64,000 bases of DNA. Source: a virus. The stretch spans positions 27,635 to 91,634 of IMG/VR virus record IMGVR_UViG_3300017963_000225; one strand, given 5' to 3'. The notes below the pieces were generated by a model that was not told the DNA's origin, searched no databases, and saw only the letters and a program-made list of their open reading frames with translations. Both the position numbers and the translations under genes were made by a program. The first letter of the stretch is position 1, and each line of letters begins with the position of its first letter. Below, piece after piece: positions 9,023 to 18,462 of this stretch.

Positions 9023-11814
9023 TATCGAAGACTCCCTCCAGCATTCCCGCCGCGAGCAACCCTATTGCCGAGTGCTCCAGTGTTCCGATCGGTCGCCTCA
9101 GTGTTCACACGGATCGCTTCTGCCAAAGCCTTTAGAGCTTCTTCCGACATAAACGGACTTTCGCTAGCCTTCTTGTCCGCAGCGTCACCTTTTGACGCTG
9201 ATTCTAGCGGTGCAATGCCGAGTTTTTTCATCGACGGAATTTGACCCGTCTCCTGGTATGCCTTTAGATATTTCTCGGCATCACTTCCGCGTCCTGATTC
9301 GTACAATTTGTCGGCAACATCACTAACGCGGGATTGTTCCATCGCTTTAGTCTTGCGAGCCCGTTTTTCTTCCTCGCTCCCGCCAACATCGAACGCTTGA
9401 CCGACCATGGAGCCTAGTCCACCGCCCATCGCTTCGATCGCTTCTCCTGGGTGGGCCGCCCACTCTGCCCAACCCCTGTCGCCTGTCTTCTCAGACAAGC
9501 GCTCGAAGAACGCGGTCGGGTCCTTCTGCATCTCGGCCATATCCATGCCGGCGCCGGCTACAGCGCTTGCCAGGTAAGCGGCCGGTATGCGCCCGGCCAT
9601 GCCGCCGCCAGCAGCCGCCGCGCCACCGCCAGCGCCAGCGGCACCAGCGGCGCCTGCCGCGCCGCGACCAAGCACCATCTTGAGAACGCCGGCTGCTCCG
9701 AGGCCAGCAGCGCCGATGCCGGCAGCGCCTGCCGCGATACCGCCCCAATCAGCATCGGTTTCCTTTGCGACACTCCCCTTGCCGAGGCCGAAAGTTTCAA
9801 GAGCCTTGGAAAGGGCAATAGCGGCACCTTTGGTGGCTTCTAGCATGGCGTTGTCGATGCCGGTGATAGCCTTGATGCCGTCTTTTGCTAGGCCAGCTAA
9901 AATCGCATTCGTTTGCCCCTGGATTTCGACAAGCTGCATCAAGGGATCTTTGTTTTCCTTGAGGATGTCTTTGATTTCCTTTTGGGCTCGCGTCTGGTCA
10001 ACATCGCCTGATTGCATGCGGCGCATGATTTCAATCAGGTCCTTTGATTGCCCAGGACCAATGCCGGCCTCCTGGTAAAGGCGCATTTGCACTTCTTGCT
10101 TCGAGCGATCGAACTGCGCCTGCTCCTCTTCGGTTAGCTTGCCTTTCTTCTCAAACAGCCCTCGCGTGCCACCCGACTCCTGGAAAAGCTGACCGAGAAT
10201 TTTTTGAATGTTCTCGACGCCGCCTTCTTTGCCGCCAAAGATGCCGCCTTCAGTTTTCTCCAGAAACTTGAGGTATCCGCCGATTCCTTCCTGCTCACCT
10301 TCGTTGCCGCCAAAAGCTCGGAACATGGTGCCGAGCATCGGACCTTGCAGCTTGCCGGCGCCTTTCATCATGCGGTCGAGCCCGCCGACGGCCTGCATCG
10401 CTGGCCCTCGGAAAAACTCCTCGCCGCGTCCGCTGGCACGCATGAGCTGGGAGAGGGCCTTGCTGATCGCTTGCGCGTTGTTCTCGCCGGTGGCCTGAAG
10501 AAGTTGACCCTGAATGTCAACCACGCGCGAAGTAAACTCAGTGATGCGGGCGCGGTCCATACCGCCCTTGACGCCTTCCATCATGATTTCTTCGAGCTTC
10601 TTACCGGCCTGCTCGGGCGCGGCTCCTCCAGCATGCTTCAGTGCGCCGGCCTGTGCTGCCACCTCTTCGCGGCCGAGCCCGAAGCGGAAGCTCGTGCGCG
10701 TCACGTCACGTAGGTTGTCGATGCCTGCCTTGCCGCCCACCTGCCGATTGAGCTGGCTAAGGAACTCCAGGTTTTCAGCGCCGCCGTAGCCGTACATATT
10801 GGCGGTCGCTGATCCGGCACGACCGACCGCGCCGCCCATCTGGCCAGAGAGCGTACGCGCCGTGGGAGCCATCCTGTGGGCCGTGTCGTAGGCGTCCTTT
10901 CCGACGCTGGCAGTGTAGCCGAGCCCGAGTGCTCCGACCCCGAGGGCTGCGCCGCCAAGCAATCCAGCGCCCCGTAAGAGTCCGCCACCGAGCCCGCCGA
11001 GTACGCCACCCGCTGCACCACCGCCACCGCCACCGCCCGACGGCATTAGGTCGCTCGTCATGCTGGCGTACTGCGCGACTCGCGACATTTGCGAGACGCC
11101 TGGAATATTCATGTCCGACAGCATCATGAGGCCGAGGTTGCCGCGACCCCCAAATCGACGGCCGCCGCGCTCGCCATCGGCAGCATCTTCTTCTGGAAAC
11201 GCCCCTTTAACGCCCTTGCGTGACTGTTGCAGCGTCTTGAGGTTGGCTTGCGCCTCTTCCCGCTGTTTCCGAGTCGTTTTAAGGATTTCCTGACGAAGCC
11301 TTAGCTCCTTCTCAAGCTCGGGCAACGCGGCCTTGCCTAGCTGACGCAGCTCCTTGGCTGTCTTGAGCGGCTGATCCTTGAAACCAAGGGCCGATTGCAT
11401 TTGTTCGCGAGCGCCGCGTTTTCTGAGCCCTGGTCCTTGTGGATCAAGGGCTTGCTCGATGGCCGACTTCTTCTTCGTCATCTCGCGAACTTCGCCGCGC
11501 TGCTGCTCCTCACGCGCCATCAATTCACCGGCGACATTCTCGCTGGCTTTTTCAAGACGGCTCGGCACCGACATGCCGCGCATGCTGTCCTTCACGTCAG
11601 CGGTGCGCTCAAAGGCACGAGCTGCCTGCTCGGCTTCAATACGCATCTGCTGAATAGCCAGCTTCTCGTCCTGGGTGAGGTCGCGCCCCTTTTGCAGAAG
11701 CTCATTGATGCTGCCAACGGCGTCCTTGGCGCGACTAAGCTCGCCCACAACGCGGGCGATTTCGTTGGCATCCATCACCGACAGCTTCTGAGCTAGGTCT
11801 TCTTCTTTAGCCAT
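9022..11814 (-). CDS. Tape measure protein
   Basis: 930 aa, helical Ala/Gly-rich with hydrophobic Gly stretches; follows the chaperone pair. Confidence 0.85.
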   Translation of the reverse strand: MAKEEDLAQKLSVMDANEIARVVGELSRAKDAVGSINELLQKGRDLTQDEKLAIQQMRIEAEQAARAFERTADVKDSMRGMSVPSRLEKASENVAGELMAREEQQRGEVREMTKKKSAIEQALDPQGPGLRKRGAREQMQSALGFKDQPLKTAKELRQLGKAALPELEKELRLRQEILKTTRKQREEAQANLKTLQQSRKGVKGAFPEEDAADGERGGRRFGGRGNLGLMMLSDMNIPGVSQMSRVAQYASMTSDLMPSGGGGGGGAAGGVLGGLGGGLLRGAGLLGGAALGVGALGLGYTASVGKDAYDTAHRMAPTARTLSGQMGGAVGRAGSATANMYGYGGAENLEFLSQLNRQVGGKAGIDNLRDVTRTSFRFGLGREEVAAQAGALKHAGGAAPEQAGKKLEEIMMEGVKGGMDRARITEFTSRVVDIQGQLLQATGENNAQAISKALSQLMRASGRGEEFFRGPAMQAVGGLDRMMKGAGKLQGPMLGTMFRAFGGNEGEQEGIGGYLKFLEKTEGGIFGGKEGGVENIQKILGQLFQESGGTRGLFEKKGKLTEEEQAQFDRSKQEVQMRLYQEAGIGPGQSKDLIEIMRRMQSGDVDQTRAQKEIKDILKENKDPLMQLVEIQGQTNAILAGLAKDGIKAITGIDNAMLEATKGAAIALSKALETFGLGKGSVAKETDADWGGIAAGAAGIGAAGLGAAGVLKMVLGRGAAGAAGAAGAGGGAAAAGGGMAGRIPAAYLASAVAGAGMDMAEMQKDPTAFFERLSEKTGDRGWAEWAAHPGEAIEAMGGGLGSMVGQAFDVGGSEEEKRARKTKAMEQSRVSDVADKLYESGRGSDAEKYLKAYQETGQIPSMKKLGIAPLESASKGDAADKKASESPFMSEEALKALAEAIRVNTEATDRNTGALGNRVARGGNAGGSLR

Positions 11815-12475
11815 CTTGAGTCAGCCCCTGCTTGGTCGCAAACTTCTTCAGAAACTCGTCTTCCTCGAAGTTCTTGAGCCAGTCGTCGGAAGTAAAATCG
11901 GTGCCGTGGATTTTGCCGCCAGTCACCGGATTTATTTTCTCGCCTTTCTCATTCTCTTTCACCCCCTGAAAACCAACAACCGGCGCGACAGTGCTTCCCT
12001 CAGGCGCTGCAATGTTTTTCTTGTCATGCACAAAGACAGGGCGGCGCCAAATATCCGCTCCGTCCGGGCAAGCAAGAACGTCCATGTCTGGAAACTCACC
12101 TCTGCCAAAGGCTTCTTCGAGCTGGTCAAGCTCGGGATCGCCGGTGCGGTAGTATGTGAGGCCAGTTTTAGGATTTTTGCGCTTGAAAATGCCCGCAAGC
12201 TCGACGCTTTTGGGGTTTTCAAAATAGAACTGCTCCCAAAGTTCAAGAGCGGCCTCTTCTGGCGTGTAGTCGTCAAAACGATCGTAGCGTGGCTTCTTCC
12301 ACCTGTGTTGCCACGCTACGCGAACGCTCGAATAGCCCCCTTGGACGTTTTCTCGCGCCTGTCTTTTGATTGACTCAAGCCATGCCGCTCCATCTTCTTC
12401 GCTGGTATCTGGCTTCGAGAATGGAAGCCGAGCACACTCAGGCGGAAGCGGCACCCTGGGCTTGAGGCTGAGCAT
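11807..12475 (-). CDS. Tail assembly chaperone, downstream (T-like) frame
   Basis: Overlaps the 3' end of the upstream chaperone in the +1 frame and precedes the tape measure gene. Confidence 0.65.
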   Translation of the reverse strand: MLSLKPRVPLPPECARLPFSKPDTSEEDGAAWLESIKRQARENVQGGYSSVRVAWQHRWKKPRYDRFDDYTPEEAALELWEQFYFENPKSVELAGIFKRKNPKTGLTYYRTGDPELDQLEEAFGRGEFPDMDVLACPDGADIWRRPVFVHDKKNIAAPEGSTVAPVVGFQGVKENEKGEKINPVTGGKIHGTDFTSDDWLKNFEEDEFLKKFATKQGLTQDG

Positions 12476-12815
12476 CGGGGTTTAGCGTCCTCTTGAAGCT
12501 GTTTTGGTATGCAATCCAGCGGTTGTAGACGGCAAAGACCGCCTCCCGGCACTGGAGCACGTTTTCGATCCAGTTAGGATCGGTCAGCCCGACCGGCTCA
12601 ACGGCGTTAGCCAGTGTGGCGACAGCTTCAAACCAAAGGTCGTCTTTGTCGCTGGCTGCTTTGAAGCCGGCAAGTAGCTGCGCCTTTGATTGCGCGATCA
12701 TTGTCTCGATGTTGGGTGTTCTTCGTTTCACGGTGAGGCTCAATCGGATGGTCCCGATGTCCTCTGTGCCGGTATCAAACTCGAAGGGAATGACTTTCTC
12801 ACGTTCCATTTTCAT
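12438..12815 (-). CDS. Tail assembly chaperone (G-like)
   Basis: 125 aa after tail tube; good SD (GGAG) upstream. Confidence 0.7.
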   Translation of the reverse strand: MKMEREKVIPFEFDTGTEDIGTIRLSLTVKRRTPNIETMIAQSKAQLLAGFKAASDKDDLWFEAVATLANAVEPVGLTDPNWIENVLQCREAVFAVYNRWIAYQNSFKRTLNPDAQPQAQGAASA

Positions 12816-12833
12816 TCTCTCTAACTCCCTTAC

Positions 12834-12858
12834 AAAACAGCCGGGAAAATTCCCGGCT
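12834..12858 (-). terminator. Intrinsic terminator-like hairpin after tail tube and tRNA-like element
   Basis: Minus strand AGCCGGGAA-TT-TTCCCGGCT followed by GTTTT. Confidence 0.7.
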
Positions 12859-12864
12859 TTTGAG

Positions 12865-12938
12865 TGGTCCAGGCCGGGCGCAAACCGGCATACTATCGCT
12901 TAGTAGGCGACTGCTCTATGCAATTGAGCTACTAGACC
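12865..12938 (-). tRNA. Degenerate tRNA-like element (Arg-like body, anticodon ACU); possibly a pseudo-tRNA
   Basis: Full cloverleaf: GGTCTAG/CTGGACC acceptor, GCTC/GAGC D-stem, GTCGC/GCGAT anticodon stem with loop CT-ACT-AA, GCCGG/CCGGC T-stem. T-loop TTTGCGC and D-loop AATTGCATA deviate from consensus; no CCA. Confidence 0.75.
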
Positions 12939-12946
12939 GTGGAAAA

Positions 12947-13456
12947 TCATGCAGCATCTGCGATGACGCCGGTATTCTCACCTTCCTCGGCCATAATACG
13001 AGCGACGAAGTTGCAGTTTTCCGACACCATTGCTCCAGCGGCGATTTCCCACGCCTTCTGAGCGCACTTGACGCCAGAAATCGTGTAAAGGCTGCCTTTG
13101 GTGATTCGATCCTGAATCACCGCTGTTAATTCGCCAGACTGAAGGATTGGCGAACCGTCGTCAGCGAATGCCGGCATGATTTGCGCGCTCTCCGTGCCGC
13201 CTTCGATGTTCGCCGAAAGTGACGGGAAGGTGGCGGCCGTGTTGAGACGGGAAGCCGTCGCGACACGAGCCAACGATGCCGTAAACTCGACCGTGTAAGC
13301 CACCGGGACGTGCTCGACCACTTCCAGATGACCCAGCACGTTCAACGGCTGGTAGTTAATTCCGGTCGTGCCGGAACAGTTGATTGCGTAGCCGACTGGC
13401 TTGTTGCCGACCTTGAGGACGGCACGCGCACCAGTGAACACCGAAGAAGCTGACAT
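12947..13456 (-). CDS. Tail tube protein
   Basis: 'VFTGARAVLKVGNKPVGYA...PLNVLGHLEVVEHVPVAY' is an SPO1/Twort-like tube; directly after sheath. Confidence 0.9.
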   Translation of the reverse strand: MSASSVFTGARAVLKVGNKPVGYAINCSGTTGINYQPLNVLGHLEVVEHVPVAYTVEFTASLARVATASRLNTAATFPSLSANIEGGTESAQIMPAFADDGSPILQSGELTAVIQDRITKGSLYTISGVKCAQKAWEIAAGAMVSENCNFVARIMAEEGENTGVIADAA

Positions 13457-13491
13457 GATCTACCCCCTTTATATCGTCAATGGTGCGTTAA

Positions 13492-15252
13492 TTACGCTGC
13501 CTGACCTTCGCGAATGCCTACGACGATCGGCAGAATGAAACGAATACCTTCCCAGCCGATCACGGCGACCTCGTAGCGCAGCTCGCCGGCAGAGGTCTGG
13601 ATCAGCTTAGTGAGCTTCTTGTCGAAGCCCTTGATCGACTTGATGGTGTCCTTCTCGGCTTGGACCGACTCGTCGATGGCGTCGAGAACGTCCTGTGGCG
13701 TAAAGACGCTGCGTCCCTGGAAGCGCGACTTCATGAAGGCGCGGTGGTTGAAGGCAAAGACGGCGAACGACTCCACCATCTCAATGTAAATGTTGGCATT
13801 GTTGGTGTCTGCCAACCAGCAGGTGTAGCCGCCTTTGATGCGGATCACGTTGTTCTCATCGGGTTGCGAGAACAAGGCACCGCCTTTGAGCATTTCTGCG
13901 GCGTCGGCCACGCTGTCCCAGCTCACGTCGGTTTCCGAGCCGCTCGACTGGATCTGGCGGTACTCAAGCGGCGTGCCGATCGGCGAGCCGGCCTGTGTCT
14001 GCGCGCAAACGACCGCAAAACCCCACTCGTCGTAAGTGATGTTTTCGCCGGCAATGTCCAGGTCGGTGATGCGCTCGCTCGTCACTGACAGCCAGCGCGA
14101 CGAAAGGCGCGAGCACTCGTCGAGAAAAGCCTGCTTGTTGCCCTTGATCGAAACGAAGCCCTGACACTCACTTCGTCCGAGCAGAGAGCTGCGGTTTTCC
14201 AGGTGGTCTTTCACCTGGCTGTTGATCGAAGCGATCGAGACGGTCGAGCCATCCTGGTTGTCGGAGCTGAACAGCGGCACGAGGATGTTTGCACGCACCT
14301 TGAGCAGCGCATTGAGCGCCGCCTGGTGGTCCGAGTTAGAAGTGGTCCCGCGAGTGCCGCCCGTAAAGAGTGCGGTCGCGACAGAAGCCGGCAGCGCATC
14401 GCCAGCATTACCAGCGGCACGGGCGAAGGTGACGAGCCGGCTGGTCGATTCAGCCCACGAGGTAAGCTCATAAAGGCCGGCTCTGAAAGCCTTCGGACCG
14501 GCCGCCACAAGCTCAACCGAGCCGGCAGTCAAAATCAGGTCGAGATCCTTGGCCTTGACGCCGCCCTTGTTGTTTTTGATGGAAGCAGTGTAGCCGGTGC
14601 TTGCTGCGACGAGCTGCACGAGCTGGGCGATCGTCAACTCGCCAACGGTGATGTCGAGGCTTGCCGATCCGTCGGTCTGACCGACAAGGGCAACCTTCAG
14701 CTTGAGCACGCCAGTGTCGTACTCAAACGTCAAGGTCGCTGTCGCCGCGTCTCCCGTGTAGTCCATCTCGAAATAATCCGTCGATCCGAGGTTGGGGGAC
14801 TTCTCGGCGATTCCAAGCTCGTCAGTGACGGTGACGACTTGCGAGCCAAGCACAGTGGCCAAGGCGCCGGTGTACTGCGCCGTGAATGCGCCGTATTGCT
14901 TGGTGGTCAGCGTGCCCTTGGTGGACAGCGGCAACGTCGATTGGGTGCTGTTGTTGGTCTTGTAGAAGAGGACGGTGCTAGCGCCGGCCTGCACGAGGTT
15001 GTCGCTGCCCGAGCGCAAGGCTAGGCGGCAAGCGTTTGCTCCGGGACCTGCCTTCAAGGATTGCTTGACGACTTCCGGCGACGTGCCGCCAGCAAAGAGG
15101 TGCAAGCCAGGCTTCCCGCCGTCCGCTTCGCCGGTCAAGGCGACAATGCCGATGCCTTGCGACGTTGGGGTGAGGAGACGATAAAGGTCGAGGTAGCTGT
15201 ACGCATCGGGCGTAATGATTTCGACGCCCGCAAAGATGGTGCTACGTCCCAT
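13492..15252 (-). CDS. Contractile tail sheath protein
   Basis: 586 aa; N-term 'FAGVEIITPDAYS...VALTGEADGGKPG' resembles Twort/SPO1-like sheath; 'LFTGGTRG'. Confidence 0.92.
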   Translation of the reverse strand: MGRSTIFAGVEIITPDAYSYLDLYRLLTPTSQGIGIVALTGEADGGKPGLHLFAGGTSPEVVKQSLKAGPGANACRLALRSGSDNLVQAGASTVLFYKTNNSTQSTLPLSTKGTLTTKQYGAFTAQYTGALATVLGSQVVTVTDELGIAEKSPNLGSTDYFEMDYTGDAATATLTFEYDTGVLKLKVALVGQTDGSASLDITVGELTIAQLVQLVAASTGYTASIKNNKGGVKAKDLDLILTAGSVELVAAGPKAFRAGLYELTSWAESTSRLVTFARAAGNAGDALPASVATALFTGGTRGTTSNSDHQAALNALLKVRANILVPLFSSDNQDGSTVSIASINSQVKDHLENRSSLLGRSECQGFVSIKGNKQAFLDECSRLSSRWLSVTSERITDLDIAGENITYDEWGFAVVCAQTQAGSPIGTPLEYRQIQSSGSETDVSWDSVADAAEMLKGGALFSQPDENNVIRIKGGYTCWLADTNNANIYIEMVESFAVFAFNHRAFMKSRFQGRSVFTPQDVLDAIDESVQAEKDTIKSIKGFDKKLTKLIQTSAGELRYEVAVIGWEGIRFILPIVVGIREGQAA

Positions 15253-15305
15253 GGTTCAAAACTCCTTCTTTGGGGCCTCGTTTCCAAGACCTTAGTGTTT
15301 GAATA

Positions 15306-15539
15306 TCAATAGCTTTTGAAAAGCTCTTGAAACTGTTTGTCGGTTGCAAACTCAAGCCCCTTCGCTTTTGCGAAGGCGCGCTTGCCGCCGCGTTCCCACA
15401 AAGGACACCCTGTCGAGTGCAGAAACAGCTCGACATGGATTTTCGACGGATCAGGAGAAACGGGAATCTGTTTCGGCGCTTCCAGTTTGGTTTCTGGAAT
15501 TTTGACAACCTTGATTTCTTCTTTTTTCGGATCAACCAT
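15306..15539 (-). CDS. Small hypothetical protein upstream of sheath
   Basis: ATG at 15539 (MVDPKK) with GGGAG SD overlapping the previous stop. Confidence 0.65.
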   Translation of the reverse strand: MVDPKKEEIKVVKIPETKLEAPKQIPVSPDPSKIHVELFLHSTGCPLWERGGKRAFAKAKGLEFATDKQFQELFKSY

Positions 15540-15951
15540 TTGCGTGCTCCCTTGCAAGCGTGTCTGTGGCGAGATACATTCCAATCAACTCTTTAGCACC
15601 AGTCTGAACAAGCCCCGCCGCAAACTTCTTCATGTCGTCATTCCCAAACCTTTGAACAAATGTTCGCATGTGTGGGTTGTCGGCCGACACAAAGCGCTTG
15701 GTCACTCGGTCGAATGTGATTTTACCGCGATCTTGCGCCGAGACGCCATATTTGCGACACAGCTCATCAACAAATGTGTTCCGATATTCTATGAACTGCT
15801 CCTGAAGCAGGGTTAGCTGCTCAGCCAAAGCATTGTGGGCCGTTTCTATGGCATAAAGTTTATCCCAAGCTCTGACCTCACCAGGAGTCAGCTCGAAATC
15901 ATAAATTTTCTCGCTCCACTTCTCGTCAGACTGAGAATCGAGCTTCATCAC
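15532..15951 (-). CDS. Hypothetical protein
   Basis: 139 aa, overlaps both neighbours in the operon. Confidence 0.7.
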   Translation of the reverse strand: MMKLDSQSDEKWSEKIYDFELTPGEVRAWDKLYAIETAHNALAEQLTLLQEQFIEYRNTFVDELCRKYGVSAQDRGKITFDRVTKRFVSADNPHMRTFVQRFGNDDMKKFAAGLVQTGAKELIGMYLATDTLAREHANG

Positions 15952-16727
15952 AGCACCTCGTCGGGATCGACGACAGCCGCACCGTCCGCGACCGATCCGG
16001 GCAGCCCAACGATGCCGCCCATGACGAGGGTATCGAATCCACTTTCCTCAATCGGTACAGATTCCTGCTTGGTGCAGTCGATAATGCACACGCGGGTGTA
16101 CGCAAAAATGCCTGCCTGAATCAAGGCTTCGTCCGGCTCAACGTCCATCCACGACACCTTTTGCTCAGCTATTCCGTAGCCCTCAAGATGAGGTCGATAG
16201 CGCAGCATGGCGTACTTGACTATGTAGTGCCAAAGGACCGTTTCGTCGAGGTTAGTGGTCACTATTGCGATGCGATATTGTGCTTGATTTTCAGTCCCAA
16301 GGTGAATGTACGACTTGCCTGTTTCTGTGTTTATAGTGCGATCTTTTATGTCGCCGAGGTATTGCCGCTCCGATTCACCGCCAAGCGTGATCGAAATGCA
16401 GGGCAAGTCCTGAGAGCTGCGCGGAAATCCATGCACAATGTGCATGTTGGCCGACTCCATTAGGCGCTGAATGTCCTCAATGGTTGGCACGGTGAGGCGA
16501 AAAATGCTGGTGTTTCCGGCCTCAGATTCTCGCCTTGGAATAGCATTCAGCCTGTCTTGAAACTCCTCAAAAACAAGCCGTTCGGTTGGTCCGCCGAGGT
16601 CACGACCGAGCCCGAGTCCTGGGTCGATGTTAAAAACCCTCGACAGAAGCTCGGGGTCCTTCTGGAGGTCGTCAAATCCTATGCGAATCGCAAACTCTAG
16701 CAATCTTTCCGCGTAGATGAAGCTCAT
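15948..16727 (-). CDS. Tail terminator / neck protein
   Basis: 'IVHGFPRSSQDLPCISITLGGESE..YLG' and position upstream of sheath as in SPO1/Twort-like phages. Confidence 0.7.
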   Translation of the reverse strand: MSFIYAERLLEFAIRIGFDDLQKDPELLSRVFNIDPGLGLGRDLGGPTERLVFEEFQDRLNAIPRRESEAGNTSIFRLTVPTIEDIQRLMESANMHIVHGFPRSSQDLPCISITLGGESERQYLGDIKDRTINTETGKSYIHLGTENQAQYRIAIVTTNLDETVLWHYIVKYAMLRYRPHLEGYGIAEQKVSWMDVEPDEALIQAGIFAYTRVCIIDCTKQESVPIEESGFDTLVMGGIVGLPGSVADGAAVVDPDEVL

Positions 16728-16733
16728 TGCGTT

Positions 16734-17450
16734 CTACCTTGATAACGTGGTGCGTTTTTTTACCCCGACCGAGGACTTGCGCTGGTTCTCGGCCTTTGTC
16801 GCCTCGGCAATCGCCGCCTTGATGATGGGACCGGCCTCTTTCTGGATGCGCTTGGCCAAATACCGGCCAGGCACGGAAGGCGACATCCAGCGGCTCGGGT
16901 CCTCTCGGATGGACTTCTCGGAAATGACGAAAAACCCGCGCATAGCCTGGGCGCTGATGCGCCCCGGTCGAGCTGGGCGACTGAGGCGTCGATGGGCCTC
17001 ATACTTCTTCATGCCGCCGTAGCGGGCGAGCGCCGACTTCACCATGCGCGGAACGCCCTTCTCGAAGGCTCTGGTGACGCTGGCGCCGACGCTCGGAGGT
17101 CGGAAGGTCGCCTTGGCCTTGGGCTCGACGTGGATCACCTTGTACTTGAAGCCGGCCTTGGAGCGCTTCACCTTGGCGCCCGACAGGATGGCCAGCCCGA
17201 GGTTGAAGGCGCGGTGGCCGTTTTCGACGTACTCGGCGTGCTTGGCGTAGTTGACGATCTTGATCTTGCCGCCCTGTACGCGCACGCTGCCGGCGGCGTA
17301 AAGCCCCCGCACGTAGGCGCCGCTGCCGGTTGGTGCGCGAGCTACCCACAGGTCACGGACGAAGAGGGCCAGATTCCACAGCATGCGTCGCGTGTTGTGG
17401 TTTCTGGCCAGCTCGGGGGCAAAATCAAACTCGACCGAAACCGGCATCAC
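16734..17450 (-). CDS. Basic tail-completion / neck protein (HK97 gp10-like)
   Basis: 'APTGSGAY..GL', 'HAEYVENG', 'WMSPSVPGRYL'. Confidence 0.6.
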   Translation of the reverse strand: MMPVSVEFDFAPELARNHNTRRMLWNLALFVRDLWVARAPTGSGAYVRGLYAAGSVRVQGGKIKIVNYAKHAEYVENGHRAFNLGLAILSGAKVKRSKAGFKYKVIHVEPKAKATFRPPSVGASVTRAFEKGVPRMVKSALARYGGMKKYEAHRRLSRPARPGRISAQAMRGFFVISEKSIREDPSRWMSPSVPGRYLAKRIQKEAGPIIKAAIAEATKAENQRKSSVGVKKRTTLSR

Positions 17451-17655
17451 GCCGCTCCTGGAATGCCGCCTCGGCCAGGGCGACAGCCTTTTGCAGCGTG
17501 GTGCCCTTCTGGTTGGTCGGCTCCAGGCCGAACTTCATCTTGGGGTAGGTCTTCTTGAGCGCGACAAGGTGCTCCCTGGCGTCCGACGGATCGTCGTACA
17601 CCTGATAGCGGATTTTCTTGCCGTGCGCGTCGATGCCGACGACCGTTACCGCCAT
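17425..17655 (-). CDS. Hypothetical protein with LxK[TA] sites
   Basis: 76 aa, GAGGTG SD; LKKT and LQKA. Confidence 0.55.
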   Translation of the reverse strand: MAVTVVGIDAHGKKIRYQVYDDPSDAREHLVALKKTYPKMKFGLEPTNQKGTTLQKAVALAEAAFQERRDAGFGRV

Positions 17656-17658
17656 GGA

Positions 17659-18150
17659 TCACCTCTTGTTCTTCGCGAGCCACGCCTGCGTCTTCTTGAG
17701 CGCAGAAGAAGTGTCGGCTCGGCCGTCGTCGAGCGACTTCTTCATGTCCGGCCCGTCGTCGTCGGCGTAGCCCTCTTTGAAGGACTTGTCAGCCTTGTGG
17801 CCGGCAAAACCCTTCTTCTCCTTGTGGTGCTTCACCTTCGGATTGCCGTCGGTCGCCGCATCGCCAGCGTAGCTGATTTCGTCGTCGGCCTCGGAGCGGT
17901 AGTGGTCGATGTTGCGGCGCATCTTGTCGGCCATCGAGCCGTAGCGGCTTTTGTTCTTGCGGGCATGCTCCAAGGCATGGCGCAAAAACATAAACTCGTG
18001 CTGGCGCTCGGCCTTCTGATCGCCGGCCACCCGCGCCGCCTTAGCATGACATGCGTGGTGGTACATAGCATCTTGACACGACTTGATGAGCGGATCGGCA
18101 TCGCCGAGCAGGTCGCCCACCCGTCCCATTGCTTTTGCAAGCCTGCTCAT
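17659..18150 (-). CDS. His/Lys-rich putative internal head protein
   Basis: Starts MSRLAKA; further LIKS, MKKS and LKKT sites. Confidence 0.6.
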   Translation of the reverse strand: MSRLAKAMGRVGDLLGDADPLIKSCQDAMYHHACHAKAARVAGDQKAERQHEFMFLRHALEHARKNKSRYGSMADKMRRNIDHYRSEADDEISYAGDAATDGNPKVKHHKEKKGFAGHKADKSFKEGYADDDGPDMKKSLDDGRADTSSALKKTQAWLAKNKR

Positions 18151-18160
18151 AGCATTCCTT

Positions 18161-18451
18161 TCAGGTAAAACGATTGCGGACGGTTTCGACGCGCTGGATG
18201 CGGACTAGGGTATTTCCGCCTCCGGTCGTTTCCTCAATGCCAGTTGTCTGATAGACGCCTGGCTCAAACTCCGCTGCCTCATCGAACACCTGAACGAAGC
18301 CGGCATCGACGCCTTGCTTGTGGTAGTCCTGGTAAGGCATCTTCATGAACTTCTCGGTGTTGACGACGGTGTGATTCACGCCGCGTCCTTCAAGAATGAT
18401 GTTCTTCTCGCTGGGAAACGGCGACAGAATACGAATAAATGGCGTAGACAT
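18161..18451 (-). CDS. Hypothetical virion-module protein
   Basis: 96 aa with GGAGG SD. Confidence 0.7.
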   Translation of the reverse strand: MSTPFIRILSPFPSEKNIILEGRGVNHTVVNTEKFMKMPYQDYHKQGVDAGFVQVFDEAAEFEPGVYQTTGIEETTGGGNTLVRIQRVETVRNRFT

Positions 18452-18462
18452 AGTAAACCTCC

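Noticed and set aside
12900-12906. Reading the tRNA-like loop as a CUA amber suppressor, implying stop-codon recoding
   Set aside because: Stem register puts ACT at positions 34-36. Genes are intact in the standard code and TAG is used as a normal stop (e.g. TerL).
1-15252. Tail module as a bacterial tailocin or eCIS
   Set aside because: Capsid, portal, terminase and replication genes are contiguous, so this is a phage.
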